In this document: positions 25,401 through 38,837 of the stretch, in pieces
How the letters are laid out: each line of letters begins with the position of its first letter
How positions within the stretch are numbered: position 1 is the first letter of the stretch
DNA from: Yuukianura sp. NJ FZ-2021
Taxonomy: Eukaryota
Direction: 5' to 3'
DNA length: 64,000 bases
Assembly: GCA_046563655.1 (NCBI GenBank)
Contig: CM102288.1
Location: 4,030,001-4,094,000 of the forward strand
Notes under the pieces: generated by a model
The model's database searches: none
The model's input: the letters and a program-made list of their open reading frames with translations, nothing else
What the model was told of the DNA's origin: nothing
Translations under genes and position numbers: made by a program

Positions 25401-26851
25401 GTAAATGCAGCCTTTGTCATAATTAGCATTAATTTTAATAAATATATTACTGAAAACTTATTACAACTAATTAATTATTACAATTAATCAAAAGCGCAAT
25501 TAAGTTAAATAGTAAAATTAGATGTCCATATCTGCAGAAAAGAATTCAAATTGGAGTGGGTATGATATGGTGTGTTTTTGTGAAACCAATCAGATGAGCT
25601 GATAAACATTATCAAACGCATCGTTTGTCTTTGAAGGTGTGAAATCCCTCGAGAAGTGGAGATTAATTGATTTTAATTGAAGCATCAGTTAATTGCTTCA
25701 TCTAATTACTCTTTCGGTTTGTGCTCGAATGTGACTGACTGTGTCTATACGTCCTGTCCCAGTTCTTTTGAAACATTTTGTATTGGCGGAGCCCGACGCA
25801 AGCATCAAATTGGCAAAGAACAGCAGAGGACCATTTTTCGAATTTGGTAAGTTACATTTATTGGTGGGATACAGTTAGGTCAAGGGTCAAGAAATTAAAC
25901 AGTAACTAAACTCCTAAGTAAGCGTCGTAAGGAGATAAGTAGAAAGAGGTAGGCTAGGTTTAACAGTAAGTCCAATGACCTCCAAGGATTTTGTATTTGT
26001 GCTCTTAGGGCATGTTCTCATCACAAACACAATCACATTCATTTTATTTCCCTCGTTGGTCGTTGAGTTTGTAATTATTTGGCACTTGTTTGTATTGAAG
26101 TGGACACATAAATTAACAGGCCCGGCATGAAGGCAATTGACTCTAGGATGAATTGTCATCCTCTCTTTCCCTCTTAAGACTGAACCAAGATGAAGACTCA
26201 TAAGGAAACAAGCAAAAAATCGTAGCTTCACCTCCTCAACATATAAAGTTAACTTTATTTTAGCATCTTATTCAAGAAGCACCCACCAGAGACCCTATTC
26301 CAAGTGAAGACGCGATGTTTTGATGTGTGAATTGGTTTTATCTTTATCAAATTACAATGTTCTATTAGTGTTTACTTAGGCAAAGGCGAAGGTCAGTTCT
26401 AAAACCTACTGATCCATATTGACTACAAGTACTTACAACTATCCAAGTCAACTTTTCATTTGAATTTGAACGCTTTTGCACCGTGTCGTGATTTCATCCC
26501 AAATCAATTTGTACTGAAGGCCTTTTTTTATCCAGAAGTAAGCTGTTAGTTGAAGTAGAACATAGAAGTTACAATTACTTACACTTGTCACTGTCAGCCA
26601 GCGGCAGAACGGCAATTACTATATTCACACTAAGATTTTCAACTGAGACAAGCGACCTAAATTCCCTCTTTTGTTTTCCTAGGACTACCAAGAAATCAAG
26701 CAAGAGACAATTGACCATGAACTTTACTAAGAAGCCTTCGGGAAAACAAGTGACACGAATGTGATCATGTTCACAGTACTTCTCAATTAACTCGTCACAA
26801 ATTGCAATTCCAGTTCAGTTTTAAAGTTACCAAAGAAGTACAATACCAAAG

Positions 26852-29800
26852 ATGACTGTGATTGACGAAATTTCAATGGATGACGAACCTGGAACTGGGC
26901 ATGGATCTGGAAAAAAGGGGACGAAGCCTGTCCAGGACGCTGAATTGGGATATCAACACACCTTGGTAAGTCAAGCTTGCCAAATTGTAAATTGCTAAGC
27001 TAAACCAACTAATCGTGGGGTTATCCCACTAATCCGCTAATCCGCAATCTGAGGCTGCTTCAAATTAATCCTTTTCTGCGTTGTTCAAATTTTGAACAAT
27101 TTTTGAGCTTTAGATAATTTCTGAAGTGTCGATTTAGCATTTATTGAATTGTTTTGAAATGAAAAGTTTACACATTTGGAGTGTCATTTCAAAAGTTAAT
27201 TTCTAATCATCGAGTTAATCATAACCTTAACGTGCTTCTGTTTGTTGTGGCTGTCAAAATTCTAGGTTCAGTTCATTTTTTTTGTCCAAAGTCTACAATT
27301 TTGTGAAATTGAAAAGTTTTCTGTTTTTTTTTAAAGAAGCGCACTAAAATTTTCTGGATATGCCGGACACGTATCTCTCATTCTCCAGCAGACGAAGCAG
27401 TGTAGTACCAAATAACTTTTTGAATTGAAAATGCTTATTTTTAGCTACGAAACTGTGTTTTTGCACAAGTTATGCAATTTTAACACTGGAACGCCTAGAA
27501 ACAATGATGTCTAGTGGCGGGAGCAATTAGGCGTAGCATAACTCAAAAATTTCCCAGTTCTTTTCATGAGCTAATTCGATTCGACCATTGTTCATGTTAT
27601 TTATTGCGTGATGATTCTCGTTAAACCAAAACAGCAAAACATTAAACTCCAAAGCAGCACTTCATACAACATTAGAAACAGTTTTTTGGCACTGAATTTT
27701 GGTCAGAAGGTGCTAACAATCCATTATTCATGTGGGAAAGCAGTAAAAACCAGTTTGACACTAACCATTGTTTCTCATTATTCCAATAATTAAGATCCAA
27801 ATGGTTCCATTTCCGACTGCTAACGCTCAAAATGTTTGACAATGTTGGACATTGGTCACTTTGTGCTAAAGATGGAATTTTTGTTTTGTCCTTTTCAGAT
27901 GTATGGTCGCTACACGAGTGACCTCGGAGAATTTGCCAAAGCGGAATCCAAGAGACTCAAACTATTGGAACGCAAGAGACGGAGGAATGAGAAGTTGCGG
28001 AAGAAGGAATTTCGGGAGCAGTATCGAAATCGCTACCTCCGAACCATCTCCAAATGGATTTCCTTCTTGTGGCAAAAATCTTTTGCCAAATTGGGAGAAG
28101 ATTGGGTGTTTTTGGCCATTCTGGGTGTCCTCATGGCCACGCTTAGCTTTATCATGGACTTGGGCATTGGAATCTGCAACAAAGGTGAGGAGATTTTGAT
28201 TAATTTGTTAATTAACTTGTTAATTAATTGTTGATTTTTTGTTCCAGCAAGGTTCTGGCTGTTTGTGGACATGGACTACCACATTTCCATTCAGTATTTG
28301 GCCTGGATAATACTCCCAGTTTGTCTAGTTCTCTTTTCAGCTGGATTTGTCCATGTAGTGGCACCTCAAGCAATTGGTTCTGGAGTGCCAGAAATGAAGA
28401 CAATTCTAAGAGGAGTGACGCTCAAGGTTAAATAACAAATTCCAAAAGATTCCAAACCGAAATCGGTTTTTTCAAAAGGTTTATTGAATTCAAGTTTTGA
28501 AGTGATGTTTAGGAATACTTGACGTTCCGAACGCTTGTTGCAAAAGTTGTGGGGCTTACGGCGTCTTTAGGAAGTGGAATGCCACTTGGCAAAGAGGTAA
28601 AAAACGTTTTCTTTGATTCACCGATGAAGTAGGTTGTTGTTGTAAATAGCATTGAATTCAATTTTAGGGTCCGTTTGTGCATATTGCTTCAATTGTGGCC
28701 ACTCTGTTAGCCAAGTTGCAATCATTTCATGGAATCTATGAAAATGAGTCAAGAAATATTGAAATGTTGGCTGGTAAGTTTAGAACTAAAAGATTTGCAA
28801 TATAATTTTTAAGCATTCCCGCATTTGTTTCTGAAAATTTCAGCTGCTTCTGCGGTGGGTGCTGCTGCTTGTTTTGCTGCTCCTGTTGGTGGGGTGCTCA
28901 TGTCGATCGAAGTTACTGCAGTTTACTTTGCAGTTAGAAACTACTGGAGAGGATTCTTCGCCGCTGCGTGCAGGTAACTTAATAAAGTTTTAGTCGACTA
29001 ATCCTCTATGTGAGTATCCAATTTGAACTTTTGCAGTGCTATGTTTTTTCGGTTGTTGGCTGTTTGGTTTCTGGGACACGGTAGGTCACATCAATTTTCA
29101 TTAAAAATAATTTTTTTTATAAGTTTGTTTTACTGAATTTATCAAAACTTATTGATTTCTTGCAGAAACCATCAAACCAGTGTACAAAACAGTATTAGGA
29201 AATGAATTTCCATACGATCCTCAAGAACTCATCATATTTGCTCTCATGGGGTATGATTAACCCTCAAAATGCTTGACAGTATTTTGGAAATTGGAAAATT
29301 AGTTTCTGTTTTGTGTAATACAGGGTTTTTTCTGGACTGATTGCTGCCGCTTTTGTGTTCCTGCATCGACATTATGTAAAATTCAATACTTTATGGACAG
29401 AAACTTTAATAAAACTTTGTGCATTCAAATTAATACTTTGTTTTTGCAGGTTCTTTGGATGCGTGGCAATAAAAAGTTAAACTCATTCCTTCAGAAAAAG
29501 TAAGCGAATTATTGCTGATTTTGTTTTGTATTTTTTGAAATTTTGAAACTGAATTTTTGTTTGTGTACAGTCGGTTTATCTACCCAGCACTCATTTCCTG
29601 TTTCATTGCTTCTGCCAACTTTCCACTTGGGTTTGGACAATTCATCGCTGGAGCTTTGAACACACACGATCAGGTGAATACTAAACTTTTTTTTCATTCA
29701 AGGACAATTATGACTGCGGTCTGATTTTCATAAGGTCTTAGGCTCCGCGAAGAAACGAAAAATCGGTATTTTACACGGGATCAAATTCTACTGGTAATCA

Positions 29801-32127
29801 AATTCGTATAAATTTTAAAGTTTTTGGTTTGGTTCCGTTTTCCTTTTCTTCCTTGGTTTGCTTTGCTTACCGACTTTTTCTTCATGAATTTATCTCAACG
29901 AGATTTGTATTTGTTTTGAGTTTTGCAAGTTTTTGATTTTTCGGTTTTTGTTGAACTATTTTTTGTGTGTCCATTTACAGGTTGAGAATTTGATTTTTTT
30001 TTATTGCAGGTTGTCACACTCTTTTCTAATTTTACTTGGACAAAAGAAAACTTCACTGTGGAAGAAGTGTCAGTTGTGAAGCACTGGGTCAATGACCATA
30101 CCGGAATTTTCGTCAACTTGGCTCTTTTCTCTGTCAGCACGGTATGTCAAGGATTTAAACTAACTTTGAAACATGAAAAGTGAAAAAAAGTTTTGAAAAT
30201 TTTGAATTTTGTGTGTGTAGTTCTTTCTGTCAATTTTGGCTTCGACTCTTCCTGTTCCTTCTGGAAACTTTGTGCCAATGTTCAAAATGGGAGCTGCACT
30301 TGGTCGAATAGTGGGAGAAGCCATGTACCTATGGTTTCCAGATGGACTCAACTTTTCTGGTGATAGGTGGCCCATTGTGCCAGGTAAGAGTTGAAAAAAA
30401 AGTTGAACAAGTTCTGAAAATTTTTTTGGAATGTTGTAGGTGGATATGCTGTTGTGTGTGCTGCAGCAGTTTCTGGAGCAGTGACAAGAGCAATTTCAAT
30501 TGTCGTTATAGTTTCGGAGATGACTGGAGAAATTACTTACATCATCCCGATTTTACTGGCAGTTTTGATTTCCAATGCAGTTTGTGGTCTTCTGCAACCT
30601 TCTCTCTTTGACTCAATTTCCATGATCAAAAAGTTACCGTATTTACCGGATTTTATACCGTCGAGTTCCGCTGGAGCATATGACATTACTGTTAGAGATT
30701 TCATGGTTCGTGATGTCAAGTAAGTTGGAGAGTAGAATTTAGAATTTGTAATTTTGGAGAAAGTGTGATTTTGATTTGTGTTTTAGGTATATTTCCTATG
30801 GCATGTCGTACCGAGAACTGAAGACTTTGCTTAAAGCAAACAAGCAACTGGGTTCGTTTCCACTGGTGGAGAATCCAGAGAACATGATTCTACTGGGCTC
30901 AATTCCTAGACCACATTTGATGAAAGCAATTGAACGCCATACGGGACGAGAGAGACGAATTCAAGCAACGTCAAAGTGGCATCGGCAAGCAGCGGCCCGA
31001 GCAAAAGAGGAACTGGAACGAAAACAGTTTGCAGAACAACGGAAACCGTCGGATCAACCACTGCGACGACCATCCAGATTCGAAGTGACGCCGGTCGCAA
31101 CGACGCCTGCGTCGACTCCTGTCTCTGCGGATGGACTCTTGGCTTCGCCTCGTTCCGAGTCCTCCAATTCTGTTCACTCGTCTAACGATAACATTGATGT
31201 AATTAGTAATTAATTATCATTTACGCAAAACACTTTTAGTTTAAATTCTAACCTGGTTTTGTTTATTTAGCAACCGGAAGTTCCTGAAGTACATGAGCAG
31301 ACGCTTGTCGACGTAAAACCGCTACCAGTTAGCTTGACTGCGAAACCGATCAAGTCAATTCTGAAGAAAACGGACTCGTTTAGTCTGTACAACTTTGGAC
31401 CAATGTCTAAACCAAGTCCATTTCAGCAGCATTACATGACAGTGACAGGAGCAGAGAGCAGAGTCAGGAATGCGTTTCATGCAATTTTTCAAAAATCATC
31501 AACACTTCAAGATGCTGATGCAGAAGCAGGACTTATTCAGCCTAAACCAGACGATGCTCCTGCTGTTACAGTAAAGAAAACGGTGACATTGCCGCGTGAA
31601 CGAGTCATTGACATGTCACCGGAGGAGCAGCGAGCCTGGGAAGAAGAACAAATGAACATGCGAGTAGACTTCTCTAGATGTCACATTGACGCTGCTCCAT
31701 TTCAATTAGTAGCAAAGACAACCCTGCTCAAAGTACATTCTCTCTTTTCTCTACTCGGAATTAATCATGCCTTTGTGACAGCAACAGGTGAGTTAATTAC
31801 TTAAATGTTTGATTAATTAACCTAATTTAGTCACTTTTGTTTAATTTCAGGCAAACTGATAGGAGTTGTAGCCATGAACGAGGTGATTTTGATTTTCTTG
31901 TGCTTTTCATTCTTCAGAATTTTTCTTATTTTCTAAGAGATCGTTTTTTTTTGTTTGAACAGCTACGCTTAGCAATTGAAAAGTGCAATGCTGGTAACTT
32001 CCAGCCGAACAAACTGGAGGAATCCAGTACGGACGGAGAGCAAGTGGGCCCAGGGGACGAGGGAGAAAAGATGAGTGGCGATGAACTTGAGCAGGAAACC
32101 ACAGATGACGAGAGGGTCAACCATTGA
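26852..32127 (+). CDS. ClC-1/2-type voltage-gated chloride channel (ClC-a-like) with CBS domains
   Basis: [50 protein letters not shown] (channel-type Val), SGNFVP, KKLPYLP, CBS domains and IDAAPFQLV. About 18 GT-AG-joined exons. Confidence 0.95.
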
Positions 32128-32706
32128 CCTCTTAAACTTTTTAGTCAATTACCAAATAATTTAATAGCTTTGAATTAATCTCAGGTTTACAGTTACTTGT
32201 ACTCGGTTTCTTAGGGACATGACGTATTCTGACTGTTACCGCTAACCAGTGAATAGCCAAATGGAATTAAAATGAGTTTTAACTGTGACAATTGTTTTAG
32301 ATTTTAACCTCACAACAAGGTAATTAATCAAATCAGGGTGGAATTAAAGTTTAAGGCTTTAAGTAATTGTTTTAAGGCATTGTTTTCCAGTGTTTACCGT
32401 TAGGAGACGTACACGTAATTCTGGATGGACGAGTGCGTGCGTGAGAGAAGGAAAATGAATTGAGGCGGGAATGCCGCTGTAGTTGGAGTTTACACTGGAA
32501 ATTCCAGTACCTGGATTGAATTTCTTTGAAATTTCATGGCATCTTGATTTTCAATTTGTAACGTCGAACCTACTAATTGTTAATCGACTTGCTTCTTCGA
32601 GTCGGAAAAATCACTACGCAGCTAGTAAGTCAAGTAAGTGAAATTGAAATAAGAAAATGAAATGAAAAATTGACTTAATAATAATTTAGCAGCTCTGAGA
32701 TTGCTT

Positions 32707-34436
32707 ATGATGTTGTGTAGGGTAATAGGATTCGTCTGTTTTGCAGTGACCAATACCGTACAGTTGGGGTTGCGACGTCTACTATTCAGTATTCTAACGT
32801 CATCAAGCCGGCCGCCGCTGTCTTCTGCTTTAAACGGGACACGTAGGATTTCAACACGAGAATTTTTGACTGTCAGAAGTAACGTCGTACCGAAACCTTC
32901 CAGAATGTCACTGTCAAACGTTGTGGCTCCAGTTCCAGTAAGCTCTACTGAAGGAAACAGTGGAACCGAAAAAATTAAACTCGAAGAACAAGAAGCAAAA
33001 CAGGCTGAGCAGACTCAAGTCCAAAAAGACTCGGGAACTGATCAAGTGACAGTGACAGAGTCTGTCTCTGTAGCCGTACCGTCGGAGGACATCAAGAAAG
33101 AACCGTACGTGAGGATCAAGAAACGGAAGATTGTTTTGATGATGAGCTACTGTGGACAAGGCTACTACGGAATGCAAGTTCAGAAGGGCGGAGATACTGT
33201 TGCCACAATTGAGGAAGAATTATTGAAATCCATGCTAAAATGCAATTACTTTACTCAAGACGAAATTCGTAGGCCACAGAGCTTCTGCTTTCAACGGGCA
33301 GCTCGGACGGATAAACACGTAGCACTTTTAATTTACAAAGTTTTTGTCACTGTTATATGATCGTATTCTTCGTTTCAGGTTTCGGCTGCAAGACAAATTG
33401 TGTCACTAAAGGCACCAGAAACCTTAGAAGTGGCCAAACTAAATGAAGTACTACCTTCATGCATTCGAGTTATGGGGATGAAGCGAGTTACTCAAGGATT
33501 TGATGCCAAGACTCAATGCTCCGCCCGAACTTACGCTTACATGACACCAACATTTGCATTTGCACCGGTAATCGGTAAACTACACTTGTTCAAATGTAAA
33601 TGAGATGATTTCTAATTTTTTTTAAACAGATCGAGACGAACTTAACTGAGGGCTACAGAGTCACTCCAGAAGTTCTGGCCAACGTGAGGAGGTTACTTGC
33701 TAAGTACGTCGGCACCAAGAATTTTTTCAACTTCACCTCTGGCAAAAAGTGTAATGATCCCAGTGCTCAACGACACATTTTAAGTTTCGAATGCAGTGAC
33801 CCATTTGTCAAAGATGGTTTGGAATATTGCATCCTTCGAGTTAAAGGTCAAAGCTTCATGCTTCATCAGATTCGAAAAATGATTGGCCTCTGTACAGCAA
33901 TCCTACGAGGGTTTGCTCATGAAGATATCTTCAAAAGTGCTTTCGGAAAAGAGAGGATTGACGTTCCAAAGGCCCCTGGCCTTGGGCTTATGCTGGAGCA
34001 AGTTCATTATGACGGGTAAGGTAACGTTAAGTCTTAACTTATCCTAGATTACTCTGTTTGTCAATTGATTTTTGGTTATTGTAGGTACAACAACAAGTTT
34101 GGATCCGATGGAGTCCATCTACCAATCACTTGGGACGAAGAGAAGGTGGAAGTGGAGAAATTCTGCGACGAATTCATCTACCCAGTAGTGACTGAAACAG
34201 AAAATAAGGAAAAGTCCATGTGGAATTGGCTGGCCACTTTGGTTTACCATACTTATGCAGTTCGTCCACACGATAACAGAAGTGCAGAGGCTTGCAGGAG
34301 TGAAATCGGAAAAGCTGGAGCACGAGCAGCTTTTGAGTCTGGAATTCCACTGAAATCAACTGAAGACGATGATGATGAAGGAGAAGATGACGACGGAGAA
34401 TCCAAGCCCAAACGACAGAAAATTCGGAAAAATTAA
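32707..34436 (+). CDS. PUS1: tRNA pseudouridine synthase 1 (TruA family)
   Basis: [24 protein letters not shown] (catalytic Asp), [25 protein letters not shown] and [10 protein letters not shown]. The start is uncertain (32707 or 32905). Confidence 0.92.
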
Positions 34437-34755
34437 ACCATTTTTAGCTGATTTTTCTTTATTAGAAAGACTTGTGAAAGAATCGTTTTTCATTTTGTTA
34501 ATAATTGACATTGGGAAGTTGAAATAAAGAAAACTTGGTTCTGTGAATTAATCGATCATTAATTTAGTAGTTACCCGGGATTTCATATTGGACGGATTTT
34601 TGTTGCCCCTTTTTCCACAAATGGGTTGCAACCTTGCAAGGCAAAGTCCGAGAAATCGGGCGGGAGTTTGTTTTGTCTTGTCTTTCACTTGTTTGTCACT
34701 TTAGTTTCCGCTGTCCTCATCTCTTTCGTTTCAATTTTAATTGAGAACGTTTAAT

Positions 34756-34763
34756 TATCGATA
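34756..34763. promoter_or_regulatory. DRE-like element TATCGATA near the PARG 5' end
   Basis: Exact TATCGATA palindrome ~100 nt upstream of the first splice donor (34860/34861) of the PARG gene. Confidence 0.4.
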
Positions 34764-34986
34764 TTGGGATAAGCACGAAGCGTCTGTCACGACAGAGGAC
34801 AGACAATCGGACGGAAGGCGCACAACAACGAAGATTAGACAGTTGGAGGGTTCCTTTTGGGTAAGAGCACGTTTTTGCGAATACGTATTCAATTTCAGCA
34901 GTTTTTACTTACTACAAAGCGGACTGACATATTAACTTCCGTTGTGCTAATCTTGTCATATGTATCACTCATCAGGTTTTACCAAA

Positions 34987-37900
34987 ATGGACGAGGAGAA
35001 TGCTTCCGACAGCGATGAATACTTTTCCGATACTACTGAAGTCATGCCGACTGGAGACATCGATATGAGGGTTCCGACAGGCACTGGAACTGCTGCTCTT
35101 CCGAGTTCTGACATTCCAGAGCCATACGATCCAGAGAAATGGGAAATATCTAAACCGAAAAACCGAAATGATTCATTGCCAGGCACAAGTGCCATGACCA
35201 TAAGTACGAAAACCGCCGCCATTGGCATTCACTGTTCGTCATCCGTTCCTTCCCTCGCAAGTACCTCTCCAAGAACGACACAGCCATTGCCATGGTCTCT
35301 GTGTATGAACGCAGATGAAACCTTACTACAAAAAGGGGTGCGTATACGAACTTCGCATACTGCAAGACCACAAGACGGCGTACTTATACGTTCATCTTCA
35401 CCGCTCATGATGGACTTGACGCTCGACGACGAAGAATCTCTACTCGTGGACTTGTCTAGCGAAAACGAACCACGACCAATTGAGAACGTCGAGGATAAGG
35501 AAAACGAATCGGTGATGCCCCATGTCCGTGACACTATTTCGGAAGATGGTTCAGTCGTACCCGTTGTCCGTGATATCATTTTGGAAGATGCTCCGTTGGC
35601 GGCCGCTCGTGGTACCATTGCCGAAGATCTTTTGTCTACGACGTTTGCAGAGATAGAGAAGACACGTCAGGCAGTTCGGGAGGAACTTGACAAGGCCAAA
35701 GTACTCGAAGAAGAACAACTTGGAAAGTTTCGTCAACTCAAACGATTTTCTTTGGGATGTAGGATTTTTCCTCCTTTACGGCCGTCAAAATTTCATACCA
35801 TTACGTTTACAGTGCAGGTAAGAAACAGGATTTACTAGAGAAGTAGGTGGAGAATCATTGTATAAGTTAACCTTTAACTTAAAGCATTTCAAGCAAGCAT
35901 TTCATTTTCACTAGGAACTGTTCAACCCCATGACTCACGCGATACTTGAACCACATCCAAAGCAATTCCATCCTAAGTGGACTTCTGACTATGTCCCAAT
36001 GCCATGCTGTCGTCAAAATGAACATGTTGTTGTTAAAATCATGAATACTTCCAGAACCAATATTGCTGGTGTCATAGAAGAGGTATCTACTCATACTAAT
36101 CTAGAACCTATTATGCTAATTCTGAATTCTATTTGATTGGAGTCGAACCAATTACTTTGATTTTTGTTGCAGAAGAAAGTGAAGACTGAGGAAACGATCT
36201 CTAACTGGAACAATATCCAGCGACAGCTGTCTAAACCGATTTGCAGCTGCGACGACTTGAATGAACGAATCAATCGGATCACAGACGTCAAAGAGGAATT
36301 TAACGTTTTGAAATATTTAATTGAAGAAGTGAGTGCAAATCCTGTAGTAGTAGTTCAGTTCATCTTCATCACAACTAATCGTAAACTTGTACGACTCTGG
36401 TCTGTTTTAGCTACTGCCATCCGACGAAGGATACAATTTCTTTGCCGAAGTTCTTCCCTTCATGATCAAACTCTGCTTGGGTTTGCCATTCATTTTGACT
36501 TGCCCGCTACCTCTACTTCGACGCTACATCAGTCACAGCATTTCTCTGACTCAACTCCAAATTGCTTCACTCCTGGCCAATGCATTCTTCTGTACTTTTC
36601 CAGCACGTCTTCAGAACGAAGACAATTATCCATCAATTAACTTCAACGAGTAAGCTAAAAGCTTTGATGATCCATGAGTTATTGTTGTTTTCAGTTTTCT
36701 TCTTTTCTTCAGTGGTTGTTGTTTTGTAGACTGTTTACATGTGATGCAGAAGATAGCCGTTTACAAGCCAAGGCACAGAAACTACGCTGCATTCTGCACT
36801 ACTTCCAGCGATTGTCAAACAAAGATGAAGGTAAAGTCGTATATTAAGGATACAACAATCAAGTTACATTTTCGTTACATTTAGCTCACAATGGTGTTGT
36901 GACCTTCACAAGAAAGTCACACCTATCTGGTCCCGACTGGAGTACGTCAACGAAAACTTTTACAAACCTAGTTGCTTTGTATAACGGAAGTATCGAAACG
37001 GAAGGTGCTGGAATGCTTCAAGTCGATTTTGCTAATAGGTAACATCTTTAATTTTGGCCAAGATGTAACAGTTGGGTGAATTAATTGTTGTGTGGTTGGT
37101 GTTGCAGATATGTCGGAGGTGGGGTTCTAGGGAGAGGGACTGTCCAGGAAGAAATCCTGTTTGTGATTTATCCAGAATTGCTGATCTCAAGACTTTTTAC
37201 TGAAAAGCTGTTTGCTGGAGAAGCTTTACTCGTTACCGGTTGTGAACGTTTTTCGACTTACTTTGGCTACTCGTCTACTTTCACGTTTGGTGGAGCTTTT
37301 TATGATGTAACTCCACACGATCCCAAAGGACGGCGAGAGTCACAAATTGTAGCTATTGATGCACTTTATATCAGAAAAAAATTGACACAGTTCAACCCCA
37401 AGTTTATGGAGAGAGAACTCAACAAGGTAAGTCACATTTTAATTTTCGCTGAACGCTCGCTAAATCGCTTATTGAGTGAACATTAAATTTGATACTGCTT
37501 TGAATTTTTTTAGGCTTACATTGGGTTTTCCATTCCAGTCAACTGCAATGCGACTCCAGTGGCAGTTGCTTCTGGAAAGTGGGGTTGTGGAGTATTCAAT
37601 GGGGATCCGGAACTGAAAGCACTTCTACAACTTATGGCAGCATCTGAATCTGGCAGAGATTTGGTGCTCTTTAGCTTTGGAGATTCAGAATTTCAGGAGT
37701 CTGTGGTGAAAATGTATCAAATAATTAAAGATAAGACTGTCGGTAAGATTAATGGCTATGAATTGAAATTCAATTCGATTCAATTTGTTTAATGTGGAAA
37801 GTACAAAGTACTGTTTGGTTTTAGGCGATGTTTGGAAATACTTGGTTCAGTACTACAACCTCTTCTGCTCCCCAAACGAGAATGACGACAAACCACCAAA

Positions 37901-38789
37901 GTACAGTTTGGGACAAATGCTACAGGAATTTGTGTATGCTCAAGACCTGAACGAATCTGACTTCTGTACGCCACCGGAAACTCTTGCTGATACTTCCACC
38001 CAGGAAGCACCCAGCTCCAGCTCTAACATGAATTCAGAAAGTGTCAACACCGTTGCCAATGTTAACATGCCTTCAGGAAATGCGGAGAACGTTGCCAATG
38101 TTAACAATCCTTCAAGAAATGCGGACAAGGTTGACCATGTTAACATGCCTTCAACAAATGTGAGCAACGTTACCAATGTTGACACGCGTTTACAAACTGC
38201 GGACAAGGTTGCAAACGAGACATCCGTCACCGTCGTGCTACCTGGAGGAACGCCCAGGGTCTACACTGTTGTAGACGTTTGCGATTCCGACGATGAGGAT
38301 GGCTCTTGTGACGTTTGGCATGCCTGGCATCCCGCTCGCGACCTTACTAATAATACTAATGATACTAATACCAATTCTGTTGACCCAAAGTTGACGATGG
38401 ATAAGGAGCGCTTGCAGAGAATCATTGACTTTGCAAAGTCTTCCTCCGAATCGGAAGATGACTCCGCCCCTACTGACAATGCTGAAAAAGTTATCAACTC
38501 TGCCACTACTCAAAACGCAAAAACAGTTGTCAAGTCCGCCACTACTACTACTACTGACCATACTAAAAAAGTTGTCAACTCCGGCTCTACACCGAGTTCT
38601 GGGAGAGTCGTGACGAATGAAGACTATCGAGCTCTATTTTCGTCACCGCCAACTCGAATTTTGAAGAAGGGCTCAGCCAAGCGGAAGCTTTCCACATCTC
38701 CGGTTCAGCGAAGTTCGTCAGCGGTTCGTCCGAGACTTGGCGAATCTTCTACAAGTAAGGCCAGTGGCCGCGGGTACCTAATTGACTGA
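34987..38789 (+). CDS. PARG: Poly(ADP-ribose) glycohydrolase with long low-complexity N- and C-terminal extensions
   Basis: [54 protein letters not shown] (catalytic GGG-x6-QEE), AIDAL, RELNK|AY and WGCGVFNGD. Confidence 0.93.
38051..38206 (+). repeat. Coding minisatellite, 39-bp (13-aa) unit x4, in the PARG C-terminal tail
   Basis: cgttgccaatgttaacatgccttcaggaaatgcggagaa plus three diverged copies at 38090, 38129 and 38168. Confidence 0.85.
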
Positions 38790-38837
38790 ACTAAGGGTAT
38801 ACTGTAAGACTTGGACATTTTTATTTATGATATTAAT

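Noticed and set aside
32125..32180. TGA-C stop context of ClC as readthrough
   Set aside because: The extension is short, AT-rich and featureless. Context alone is insufficient.
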